A DNA stretch of 62,911 bases, filler included, from Sphacelaria rigidula (taxonomy: Eukaryota): NCBI GenBank assembly GCA_964200075.2. It is 6 parts of 6 records of this genome, joined end to end, with 100 filler letters (N's around TTAATTAATTAA, not from the genome) between each part and the next. Parts side by side here need not be neighbours in the genome. Positions count along the whole stretch, not along the records: positions 42,010 to 52,410 come from CAXNAA020006561.1; positions 52,511 to 62,911 come from CAXNAA020006562.1; 4 more parts are not named here. One strand, 5' to 3'. The notes below the pieces were generated by a model. That model did no database searches. It was not told the DNA's origin and worked only from the letters and a program-made list of their open reading frames with translations. The translations under genes and the position numbers were made by a program. Shown here piece after piece: positions 50,343-61,364 of the stretch. Each line of letters begins with the position of its first letter. Within the stretch, counting starts at the first letter, position 1.

Positions 50343-52074
50343 GTGGGTGCACTGTGTATTCTGTCATGGTTTGGTATGACATTGACTGGCAGTGCTGAAA
50401 TAAGGGTGTGGCATGCGTACGGCAGCCAAGGTCATCATCCATATATCCATTATGTGTTCACTTTAATCCGTGCCTGCAGTTCATCACTGCAGTGAGATAC
50501 TCGCCACCAGAGGAGTGACGATTTGGTTCTCATGCGTGGTTTCCCGGTGATCTTTTTATCTTCCGATTGCGGGTCTGAATAAAGGACCGAAGCGACGGTA
50601 AAACGAAAAATCCGCCGCGTCGCGGTGGTGAAAGTAGTACATTATCGGTCAGTTTAGGCGGAGTAATAGTAGTGGGTTCGATTTCCAACAGTAGTGCTTC
50701 GTTTTACTGGTTTCCGTCATGGAAAGCGCGAGAGTGTGATTCAACGGCAGGAAATCGATGAAAGCGGACGGACTGCTGCTGTGGTCATCATACAGTGCTC
50801 GGAATCATATTGCGAGGCAGGTACTGGGGGGAGATCAGGTCGATATTTGGAGACGCAGGGGTCGTCCCGAGGAAGGGGGGGATTGGAAGTGCGACGGAAA
50901 ATGATGAAAATAAGAGAAGTGTGCACGGCTGGATTTCCAGCGGATCGGTTGTGTGTGAGGTGATGCAGTGATGAGGTGATGAAGACGAATTAGTTAACTG
51001 AAGATAATTATCTGCCAAGTAATTTCATATATGCACAGTTCAAAGTCCCAACATGAGAAACGCCGCTTGGTGTGGGACGACATAGCTGTGTACTTTTACA
51101 GTAGATGATTTCTGTTCTTCTTGCCGTACATGTACGTGCGTGACTGTGCGGAACGTCAACAGGAGAACTTGGACGGAGGGATCGATTATTTTCTTTGTCT
51201 CTACTTGCCCTCTTGGGGTATGCAATTCTTTTCCGGGTTGTCGGTCTGTCAGGGTCGCAGGCGTGTACAGCGACAGAGAGGGGTGGTCGCTTGTGATGCC
51301 CGCCAGCGTGTTTGTGTTCCCCGTGACTGTGAAGCTGTCGGCGTCTCTTCACTGCAAGGGGATTCGTGTGTTGATAGCAAGGCACAAGAATCTCGTATCG
51401 CGATCATGCACAAATTGTCAAAGAATCCTCACAGTATGAACAATAGCTGAATCGACAACCTTGCTTTCAGGCCCCCTTTTTTTGTTGTTTTCCAACTCTT
51501 GTGCCTCTCTGCCGTACGCCTTGAAGTGAATGTATAGTGGCACGTGTCTTTCGTAACTGACTACATGAGGTAACTGGCAATTCGTACCCATGAATGATCG
51601 AGCATTGGGTACTTTTGCGGATGCTTTTTTTGTACGCTTCCGTATGCCGAGCTGTGGGATAGGCTTGCGTGCGTATTGTGTATGTGTGGTTGTTGTATGT
51701 ATATATGTGTACTTCATGACATAGCACTTGCTGAATCAGACCCTTTCGTGCGTTTGTGCTTTTTTGGTGGCCAGTACATCAAGGATCAGATGCTTCATTG
51801 GGTTGAGTGTACGGTGCAAATGCTAAATGTGACACCCATTTTTCAATTGATTTACTCCCCTGCTGCGGAGTTAGTGCGTGTTCCTTTCACATGTTTTGAT
51901 AAATATGTAAGACATGACGGGAACATTTTTGTTTCTTGTGTGCTCAGGTGTGTGTTTGCGAGTGTGCTTTTTATCCCTCTCTTGTTCAGATGCCAAAATC
52001 TCACCTTTTATTCTTGTCTGTGTGTGTTGTGTGTTCCCCGTGGCCGTTTTTATGCCGTACTGCCAATAAACCAG

Positions 52075-52199
52075 ACGCTGGTGGATAATCTACTAAGCGC
52101 GGTATCTTTTCTGGATATGCTGCTGCAGTTTCGCACTGCTTACGTCGACAACAAAACCAAGATCATCACCAGCCCCAAGAAGGTGACGAGAGAATACTG
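52075..52199 (+). CDS. CNG/EAG-type cation channel S2 and S2-S3 linker exon (gene 3'-partial)
   Basis: aaccag|ACG; TLVDNLLSAVSFLDMLLQFRTAYVDNKTKIITSPKKVTREY fits the D..L.FRT.Y....I..P.KI...Y signature of cyclic-nucleotide-binding-domain channels. Confidence 0.85.
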
Positions 52200-52410
52200 G
52201 TAGATCGGTGTGTTACACACGTCGGACAACTCAACTCAGCTTAACTCGAGTTAACTATTTTCCCCGTAACTCACCTGTGAGTTATATGATAGTACCATAA
52301 CTCAGCGGTGTATATTCCGATCTAGTGAGCTTTACTAACACATTTTTTTTTTTTTTTGTCCCCAGTCGACAGGAAGGGTGCTTTTATTTCTTTACTTCCG
52401 TCTCATCAGT

Positions 52411-52510
52411 NNNNNNNNNNNNNNNNNNNNNNNNNNNNNNNNNNNNNNNNNNNNTTAATTAATTAANNNNNNNNNNNNNNNNNNNNNNNNNNNNNNNNNN
52501 NNNNNNNNNN
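52411..52510. other. Artificial contig-joining linker
   Basis: 44 N + TTAATTAATTAA + 44 N. Confidence 0.99.
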
Positions 52511-52570
52511 CACATATACCGAAAGGTGTAGACTGGTGCCCAGGATAAATGGGACGACAACGCACACACT
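52511..52570 (+). mobile_element. 3' end of the tRNA-derived SINE family
   Basis: CACATATACCGAAAGGTGTAGACTGG is the near-exact reverse complement of 54356-54381. Confidence 0.8.
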
Positions 52571-53406
52571 TTACCGAGACTGGGTCGTGCCGTGCAAGTG
52601 AGGACTCGTCATTCTGCATTCGGATTCGAAACACACAACGCGAAGGAGAGCGCTCGAATCGAATACGTCGCCGAAGGAACTGGGGTGCCAAAGCTGGTCC
52701 CTCGACAGACGCTCCCGACCAACCCGCTGTACTCAGCAAGAACAAATGAAAGAACAGCGGACATGAGCGGGCTTGGATGAAAACGTCGCAAGAGAGGTCT
52801 GAGTCGGAGTAGCATTGCTCCATGTACAAATCACTCCGACAAGGGATGACGAGAAAAACGCTGCCGCTTGTGTACCAAGCCACACAGTGAACCCCAGGCC
52901 GAGATCGTAGCGTGTACTGGAACAGAAAATATCATGGTGACTGTGTTCCGCGGCTCTGTTTTGTTAGTTGCGTTGAGTCTATCGGTACCGCCATGTACAC
53001 CGTGCCGTTTGTACAGCATCCATCCGCTGCGACGAGGCTTCTGCTTTGTTTCTTTGAAAGTCATGAGAGCAAATGTCATCCTAGAGTGGGTCATGAGCTG
53101 TTGCGTTGGCCTAGAGACGCAGTTGACCAGCCCTGGCGGTCAAATGGTTCAATTTTGGATGTGGCGGCTGGACGATTTTACGCTCACCAAAGGATTCGCG
53201 TGATCTGATCCTCGGTAATACCCATAGACAAAGGGAAGGAATATACTCTAGTGGGGAGGAGAAAGAAGACAGCACTGTAATTTTTTGTCTGTATTATACT
53301 GAACTGTACCGTACGTTTTAGTTCGACTTCGTCTATCTTTACAGGCAGTCACCTCCATATGTTGATTCGGCATAGTTTTCACTTGAACAATGAATGCAAA
53401 GCCTAC

Positions 53407-53605
53407 ATGATTTGCCCTGGTCGTCAAAGGGTTCCGTTCCAGAGGTTGCGGCAGGAAGAGGTCATGCTCTCCAAAGGTTCCGTGTAGTCTGATCCTTAGC
53501 GCTGTGAATCGGCAGGCCTGCCTAGTTGAGTTCAAACTGGCCGCTGAAGCGGCCAGTGCATCGGCGGCGAGCGGCGAAGCCGCAAGCCCCAACGGTCCTC
53601 CTTTG
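53407..53605 (-). CDS. Possible isolated exon, unknown protein
   Basis: ctgaccag acceptor, open frame KGGPLGLAASPLAADAL...RANH, gtaggc donor; no recognisable homology. Confidence 0.3.
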
Positions 53606-54299
53606 CTGGTCAGGGGGCCTCGCGGGAGCGCAGCGGGAGGCACAAATAATTGCTGTATTCGGCTTTTTTTTCCCCTTGAAAAATGTGGATAGCTGTAAAA
53701 ACGAATGTGACCCTTCACATTGAGGAGCTTAGAGGCTTGGATGAAATTGAAATGCCGTTCAAAGCGGTGAGCGACTCGAAAATCAATAATCTACAGAATG
53801 CAGCAGAATTGTCCGTGAGGAGCGGAGGATAGGAAGAAGGAAGGCAAGGCTGACACCAAGTGGGAATAAGGGTATAAAGTCAGTCCGGGCCGACAAACCC
53901 GCATGTAATTGAGCAGCAAGCCATGATATTTGTGTTTTGTAGTCGCGGATTACCGTTTTTTATTTTTATTTTCGGATGTCGTTCAATGAAACGACAAACC
54001 TTGGCATATATCCGCTGTATCACTTGGAGGTGTAGCGAGCATGTGCTACAGCATCCTCAAAATGGTCTTCATCATGCAATCAGCCATTGGCAAGTATGAT
54101 TTGGCCTTCGGCAGTTCCGCATCAAGCGTCCCGCCGTATGCAGCCATGACTCGTTTTTGTTTTTCATCGTCCTCATTTGACGGACCCCCTGTCGACCTAC
54201 ACGCTACGGCCGGAAACTACGGAAAGCTGCAGAATCACGAGGTACCAACGAAGCAGACGGGACAAAAAAAGCAGAGAACACCTCAACTTGTCAGCCGCT

Positions 54300-54686
54300 G
54301 ACTGTGATGGGTGTTGTGCGTGTTGTGTGTGTCGCCATCCCATCTATTCTGTATGCCAGTCTACACCTTTCGCTATATGTGGGCGCATCAGCCGGGGTCA
54401 CGCGGGAGGAAGGCCAACATGAGACCTTTTTTCTCGATTATTTTATTTTGGTTCTCCATCTTCCGTCTGCGGTGCTTGCCTTATTTTTCATCGCGGGAGG
54501 GGTCCAGCGCTCCCCTTCCCTCGTCGACCGTTACGTCGTTTTTGGTGTTTCTACGACATAGTCGCTCTCCACTGTTGGGCATGGTGTGAGAAAAAAAATC
54601 CCAGATCGTGTGACTGCACCGAGATTCGCACCCGCGGCCCAACCGTCAGAAGGTTTCGAGGTTACCTACTGAGCCACAGCGGCGAC
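54300..54686 (-). mobile_element. tRNA-derived SINE, near full length
   Basis: Minus-strand head with A box TGGCTCAGTAGG, stem-loop AACC-TTCTGAC-GGTT and B-box-like GGTGCGAATCTC; body shared with 10504-10690, 11571-12400 and 52511-52570; CA-rich tail. Confidence 0.88.
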
Positions 54687-56854
54687 AGGCTGGCCCAGGG
54701 TCTGTGCGCCATGGTGCCACAGAACGCCAGACCGATGCTGTACAAGTGGAGCGAACACGGAAGACGGGGCATCAAACTGTGCACCGCTGCTTCACGCGTC
54801 ATCGATGCAAACCGTTCCCGTCGACGCCTTCGAAGCGCTCCCCGTCTCGATTGATACCCTGCATTCCTCCGCAACTGTGACGTACATTCCTCAATCGTAC
54901 GGTGAATTTGTATATAACGGTGCAAGCATCTTTTTTATAAACTCACCATGCTAGAATTGGGACAAGAATAGCCGGCAACGGCAAACCTCAATAAACTGGA
55001 TGGAATGGCGCCCTCTTCACCCTACTGATTAATCGACAGCATAAACTGATCCTGTTCACAACCCTACTGATCCTTGGTGATCCCCATAGACAAGAGGGAA
55101 GAAGCGCAGCGGCGGAGGGAGAGAAGGAAAACTGTACTGCACTGTACTGTAGCATAAGTCATGTTCCACATTGTGTATAGTATCCGAATGAAACAAGATG
55201 CCCGCACAAACACGTGATGGGGTTTTCACTTGTTCCTGCCTTCGGTGCAGTTGCAGTTACTATAGTAGGTAAACGTATATATCATACCGCAAAGTGTCCC
55301 TGTACAAGGTATGTTTCTCGCGGGTGCACCGGTTTTGTAACCACCATCATAGCTTTCGGTAGTGAGGGCAGGATCTCAATACACTTGATTGTGATAATGT
55401 GTACAGAGTGCGTGCTTCATGACTTGGCGCTATCATACTTGATACAGGTCCATCTACTTCATGCAGGAAACATAATGTTGGTATTGCATGTAGCATGTTC
55501 AAGTATTCCCGTATGTCCCCCGTGTGACTGTCCCTTCGTCTCGTCTTCCACAGGTGTCGGGTGAACGGCACGATGGTCTTGGTGGACCTGTGCATGGTGG
55601 ACATTTGTCACTTCATTGCTCCGGTGTCATCAGATGGCACCTCCATGTATGACCATGTTCCTGTATTTTTGAATGCGTTGCATGCTGCACAGTTTATGCA
55701 GTATGTACAGTATGTGTCAAATGTCATGTTGAATTTCGTCACCCTTGTTGGATGTCGACGCCTCCATTTATTCGAGATCTGGCATGTGTATTTTTCATGT
55801 AGAACGTCACTTTTGTGATCCCCGTTAGTTCCTTGTATAGTCACGAGGTGGTGGATGTATAGTGTCTTCAACACCGCGGTGCTTGTGCTATCAGATGCTG
55901 ATAGCATTTTCCGGCTTGTTGTTATCTACCCGTTCCTTCCGTGTCCTGTGTATTTTTTTTCCAAATGCGTTTGCATGAAATGCCGTAATCTTCCAGCGTA
56001 CATCAGACAGCTCCGCAGCCACGGGGCTATTATAGTCGTCGCATGTCCAATGTACAGGCGGGTTCACGGTTTAGATCCAAAATTCACTCATCACCTTTCG
56101 CGTTTAACACCCGATAGTCGTATACATTGTATTATCATACTAACCGTCATGGAAGACTGAAGAGGGTGACATAACCGGATTTTCATTCTAGACCATAGCG
56201 GTGGCGCTAAGGGCAAAAAGGTACCTCAACCCATCAGCGGCCTTGAAATTATTCTGAAAATAGAAGTCTGAATTCCCAACACAATGGCTCCGGATGTTTG
56301 GCACATGTCCGATTTACTGTATGGTAGTGCCAAGGTGAACGGTATATGCAGCGGTGCTGTCGACCGGTGGGTGTCTGGACTTGTTGCTGTCAGTCCATAC
56401 TACTGTATTTGGTTTTACCTCACATGCAGAGGTGTTTTGCTCATTGCAACCATGGATACTTATCCGTTGCCTGGCATCGCTACGGGCTAATCTGTGTTGA
56501 AAGGAGTAGAGCGGTATCACGGTATAACACTGATCATTGAGGCGTGCGAGCCATGGACAACTGCGAGTGTTGAATCTCAAGTAAAGTAAGAGCTGTTTAT
56601 TCGAGCTAACCGTAGCAGCTACCAAGTGCTCCTGTCGGTGCAGTTGGGAGGGTACTCGTGAGTGTTTGTACGTACAGCAGAGTAGTCAGCCCCCAGCCAT
56701 GCACGAGTTACTTCGTCGATAGTGCCCACCCTGCGTCTGCAGATCTTGTGTACTTAAAGTTGTCCACCTGCATCTGGTTGTCTTTACACGTGGCTCGTCA
56801 TATAAAAAGTCTGTCGTCAGTGTCCAACTTTGTGTTCTGCTTTCATGTACCCAG

Positions 56855-57055
56855 GCGTGGCGGTTGAAGCGGGCAGCCTCAACTGCGAGTCTACTGCACG
56901 GCCGCCACTCCAACAGAATAGGCAACAGCACCGGCGGCGTTGGCGTTAGCGTGAGCTCTCCCATTTCAGTCAACTCGGGTCATCAGTACGACGGAAGCCT
57001 GCACGGCGTGGCCGGCAGTTGCCCGAACAGATCAAGCGTCTCCGAGAAAGGATAA
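56855..57055 (+). CDS. Possible terminal exon, unknown protein
   Basis: Pyrimidine tract plus cccag|GCG; GC-rich open frame AWRLKRAAST...SEKG*; no recognisable homology. Confidence 0.3.
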   Translation, partial: AWRLKRAASTASLLHGRHSNRIGNSTGGVGVSVSSPISVNSGHQYDGSLHGVAGSCPNRSSVSEKG

Positions 57056-59270
57056 GGTAGCCTTACAGTCGTGCTGTTTGCTATCTGCCACCTGTTGGTT
57101 CGTTGGATTGTGTCCATGAATCGCCGACGAGCACAGCACTTGTGCCCGAACTCGCGTTTTTCATTTTGGCGGTGAAAGCAGTACCCCTATTTTTATTTTC
57201 GTGTTGAGGAATACATATTTTGGTTTACTGACGTACGTATTCGTAATAAGTCACTTGTTGAAGTCACGAAACTGAGACTTGGGATGATACGGCGATCTCG
57301 AGTAGGTGGAGCGAATTTGTTATAAAAGGAAATTTCAATCTTACTTGTCTTCCCCCCCCCCAATATATTTCGAAATGACGCCGTATTTCAAATCCATGAA
57401 CCTCGTTTGGAGACACACGATGAGACGTAGACTTGGCCAGGCCAATATAAAGGGTGTGACTCATTCCGTTGGCAAGCTGGAAAAATGGCAGTTATCCGAT
57501 GGCCCCCGTCTGTGTTTCGACGGAGAGGTGCCGCTCCCGCGACGAATAAACACACGGAGGTAAAGAATCCCAAATCAGGATGCTATTTTGCAAGTGTTTG
57601 TAGAACCGATTCTTGCAAACCAATACGAACAACTGGTTCTGCTGCAGTGCCTGGGACAAGACGCGAGGGATTTTTGTTTCATATTTCGTTCATTCGTGGT
57701 CATTGGCGAGGTGTAGACGCCGACCCTAAATGTGTGACATTTCGCTGCTGCAGCAGCATGCTGTACCTCCAGATATGTGGATAAAAGTCGGAACTCCACG
57801 TCTGCTTCTGGAACATGACACAGCCGTGTGACACCGCTGACAAAACTGCAGCAAAAGAGCAATTGAAATATCGTTCATCGGCGCTGCATTACAATAGAGT
57901 AGCTGTTTAAGCGCTTGATCTTTCCGCACTCAAAAATCGACGCCATTTTTTTCATGTGCCAGCCGTTCAACTGTGAATCAGGACAACCTCCTCCGTTGCT
58001 TTGATCCAGCAGTCAAGGCTCAGCCGGAATGCAGGAAAGCTTCCTCGGTATCAATAGATGCTAGGAGTATATATACCTTTCCAGCAAAGTTACGATAGCC
58101 TTGATCAGAAGGTGGTTGGCTGCGACTGGACAGCTATGGTGCAGCATGGAGTTTTTTCACCGCCGGCTCATGGCTTCTGCCGTGAAGTACTGTTTTCGTC
58201 TTGGCACAATTCCGCCGTTCGAGAAACAAGCCTCCCCAACGCCCATAACGTGCACACTCAAAATATGATTCTCAATGTTTTTTTGGAAGGGGATTATATT
58301 CTCAAATTATTGTTTCCCTCCTAAAAGAGATGGCCTGATTGTGGAAATGCTGGATTACGGCCCAAAATGTCCCCGAAACCCTTGTGGTCACCACCTTACG
58401 TAAGCTCATTATAATAGCTACGGCCGCGCTACTCGTTGTTTCTCCGCTCTTGTGCTCCGGGAACATGACCACGCAGGCACCGTGGACACTGCGAGCGCAT
58501 CCCAAGCTCGGCCACCTTACGGCGACGGCAGTAGGAGACGTGCTTGCTGGTGGGTACTTACAGGGGCTTGATGATGCTCTGGGATTCACGACTTCACGTG
58601 AGGGGGTTTCGGTGAAAAAATGAAGTCCCCCCGGAAAGTACAGTAGTACTACGTCCACCATTTTGTAGAAGTCATCTTCAGCAGTATTCATTCCAACACA
58701 TTCATACGTGACTCGTCCGTCGTAAGTGAAAGCTCTCTGTATCCATCGTCTCGGGCGCTATCATGAATTCAGCATACAAGAGAAGGTGAAGGGGAGAAAT
58801 GACGATGAAACTATCCATGACGGAAGAGAGCCCTGTCGCCCGAGGTGAAAACAAGCGAGCTCGCTGTTCCCCTCGGAGTGCAACCGTGAATTGAACACAA
58901 ATCTCATCATAGGCCCTTATCGGCGTAACCCACCAGGCATTGACGGGCAGACAAAGGGACTGTACCATAGCAAACGCAACACAACATCACATCCGCCTGT
59001 GTCCACCCCTCCCCCTTCCCTCCCTCGCCGGAAACAAGTGGTGTCGCAACATGAAACGAGCAACGCAGTGCTCTACGTGAGACTACAGAGCATATAGTAC
59101 AGTGTCTGCAAGCAGCGTTGTCGCAGCAGTATCCAGCATCGGAGAAAAAATATCTAGGCGCAACTCCAATAACAAGACAAGGCCAGAGCGGGGATGAAAC
59201 ATCAACGCGCAGGCCCGGCAACAAAGCAAGGGCAGAACGGCTGTTGAAACATCAACCTTGAGACACAGCT

Positions 59271-59714
59271 TCCACAGGAGGTCAAGATCGACGGCGGGAG
59301 GGTCCTGAAGAAGGCTGACCCCAGGAAGCACCGGGTCGTGAAATCAGGTCCGGTGCTTTTGGCAGAAAAGGTTCAACGGCTACGAGGCTTCGGTCGCTGA
59401 TGACGGAAGCCTCGAAGTCAAGAGCGGAACGGGAAAGCTTGTTACAACCTGGAGAGCCCTGGCCTTTGAAGTCGATACGAATGCTACCTAGGCAATGCTA
59501 CCTAGGCACTCGTATCGACTTCAATGGTCAGGGCCCTCCAGCTTGTAAACAAGCTTTCCCGTTCCGCTCTTGACTTCGAGGCTTCCGTCATCAGCGACCG
59601 AAGCCTCGTAGCCGTTGCACCTTTTCTGCCAAAAGCACCGGACCTGGTTTTACGACCCGATGCTTGCTGGGGCCGGCCTTCGACAGCACACTTTCGCCGT
59701 CGATCTTCTGTGGA
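59271..59714. ncRNA. Long fold-back; candidate miRNA/hairpin-RNA precursor
   Basis: Arms 59271-59484 and 59506-59714 are reverse complements with a ~70-bp perfect core; the inverted repeat is certain, RNA function is inferred. Confidence 0.55.
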
Positions 59715-59953
59715 CGCGGTGGTACTGTACATTGGCGCAACAAATAATGAAGTTCAGTAACTGGTGCATCAATTGGCAGGGTGGTGGACAATTCCTTGTT
59801 CTGCACAAGGTGGTGACCATTGTACGCACTATCCCACAGGGTAGCATTTTCCATGTGTTCAGTTGAAGTGCGACAATCAATCAATCACTCAATCACTCAA
59901 TCAATCTTGTCCCGGGGCTTAACGAGCGCTAGTTTTGCTCATGTATACCTATA

Positions 59954-61155
59954 CGAGCTGGGCCAGCCTACAAACGGATTCAAGCTTTGAAAGCAATACA
60001 CTGTATCTCATCGACGCAGACGAGTTGGCACATGATCCGCATGTCGTATTGATCGTCTAATCAAGAGGAAGGTGCCCATCTGCTTATTTTATTTATTTTT
60101 TCTTGCTGACTAAACTTCATGTCTAGTAATTCCTATACCGTAGAGATAGCGTCCACACTAAAATCTATATGAAATCCCGAACGATGCATTCAGCGGATGA
60201 TGACGATGTTTGGTGTGGACCTTCCCTCAAGCACGGAGTAGATACCCTCACCTTCACACAATTCGTAGTATATCTCGAGATATGGCCCACATAATTTTCT
60301 ACACTAAAATCAATATATTACGAGCAGAGGCACTAGATGCCTTAAATCTGGATATCGCGTCTCAATTTTTGAGAGTTATGCTATGAAATTTGGTATGAAG
60401 AATCGCTAGTGCGTTATGAAATAAAACACAGCTTTTTCATTTTTTTCAATTTTTTCGTGTTTTTAGGGGAGTTTTGAGGATAAATAAACATTCTCCTTGG
60501 ACCTTGTCTGAATTTTTGAGCTCAATTTTTGAAGTTTTGATTTGAAACTTGGCATGTAAAACGACAGAGGTATGCTGAATGAAAAAAATGGGCCTTCATT
60601 TTTTTTCTTCGGGGAAAGTTCGGGCGTTATCGTGAAAAAATGGTCGTCACCATACTAAAACGCGCTAAACCGGCGAAAAAACTAGTCAAAACCAACCTGA
60701 TCCATTTTTCGTGGTTCATCTTGACCTAGCGAGGTCCCGCACAAAGTTTCAATACAGAAACACCAAATGTGGGCCGATAAACGGCCTGCAAAATTCTGTT
60801 TCGAATTGTCACCGGCCCGGTTTCTATAAGACGAATTCGCAATATTTTACTTGGAGTCGGACAGTGAAATTTGCTATGGACAATCAACAGGGCATGATGA
60901 AAAGGTGTCTGTGGGGTCCCAAAGTTTTTTTTGTTTTTTTTCATGAGTTAGGGGCATTTTACTAAATATTTTACTAAATCTGACTGATCACTTCCCTCAA
61001 CTCATGAAAGAAAACAAAAAAACTTCGGGACCCCACAGGCAGCCTTTCTTCATGCCCTGTTGATTGTCCATACCAAATTTTACTGCCCAAATCTGAGTAA
61101 AAAAATGCGAATTCGCCTGCAAACTACAAATCCGCCTGTAGGCTGGCCCAGCCTG
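59954..61155. mobile_element. Non-autonomous Tc1/mariner-like element
   Basis: ~27-bp TIRs CGAGCTGGGCCAGCCTACAAACGGATT / AATCCGCCTGTAGGCTGGCCCAGCCTG, TA flanks (59952-53, 61156-57), AT-rich non-coding interior. Confidence 0.7.
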
Positions 61156-61310
61156 TAGTAGGACTGCGTCGCTCCCTAGACGTGCATATGTCTAACAAAA
61201 ACATCAGAGACGACGACGAAGTCTCGCTCCAACCCTGTGTTTTGGTCGCGAGGGGTCATTCAACAAACTACAAAACGTAGTCTACCATAAAAAACGATGA
61301 GTTTGATAAT

Positions 61311-61364
61311 ATACTATACAATACTATACTATACTATACAATACGATACTATACGATACTGTAC
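61311..61364. repeat. Degenerate (ATACT)n microsatellite
   Basis: ATACT/ATACA/ATACG pentamer run. Confidence 0.9.

Noticed and set aside
54612..54686. Functional tRNA gene (CTG at the anticodon position)
   Set aside because: Acceptor and D stems do not pair well, the B box is mutated, and it is fused to a repeated body, so it is a SINE head.
57560..59000. Short minus-strand ORFs as a decayed gene or transposase
   Set aside because: No recognisable motif and no consistent splice pattern.
59384..59415. CTGATGA inside a small hairpin as a hammerhead ribozyme core
   Set aside because: No stem II followed by GAAA and no matching NUH site; the same holds for CTGATGA at 18396, 25354, 28420 (minus) and 52403 (minus).
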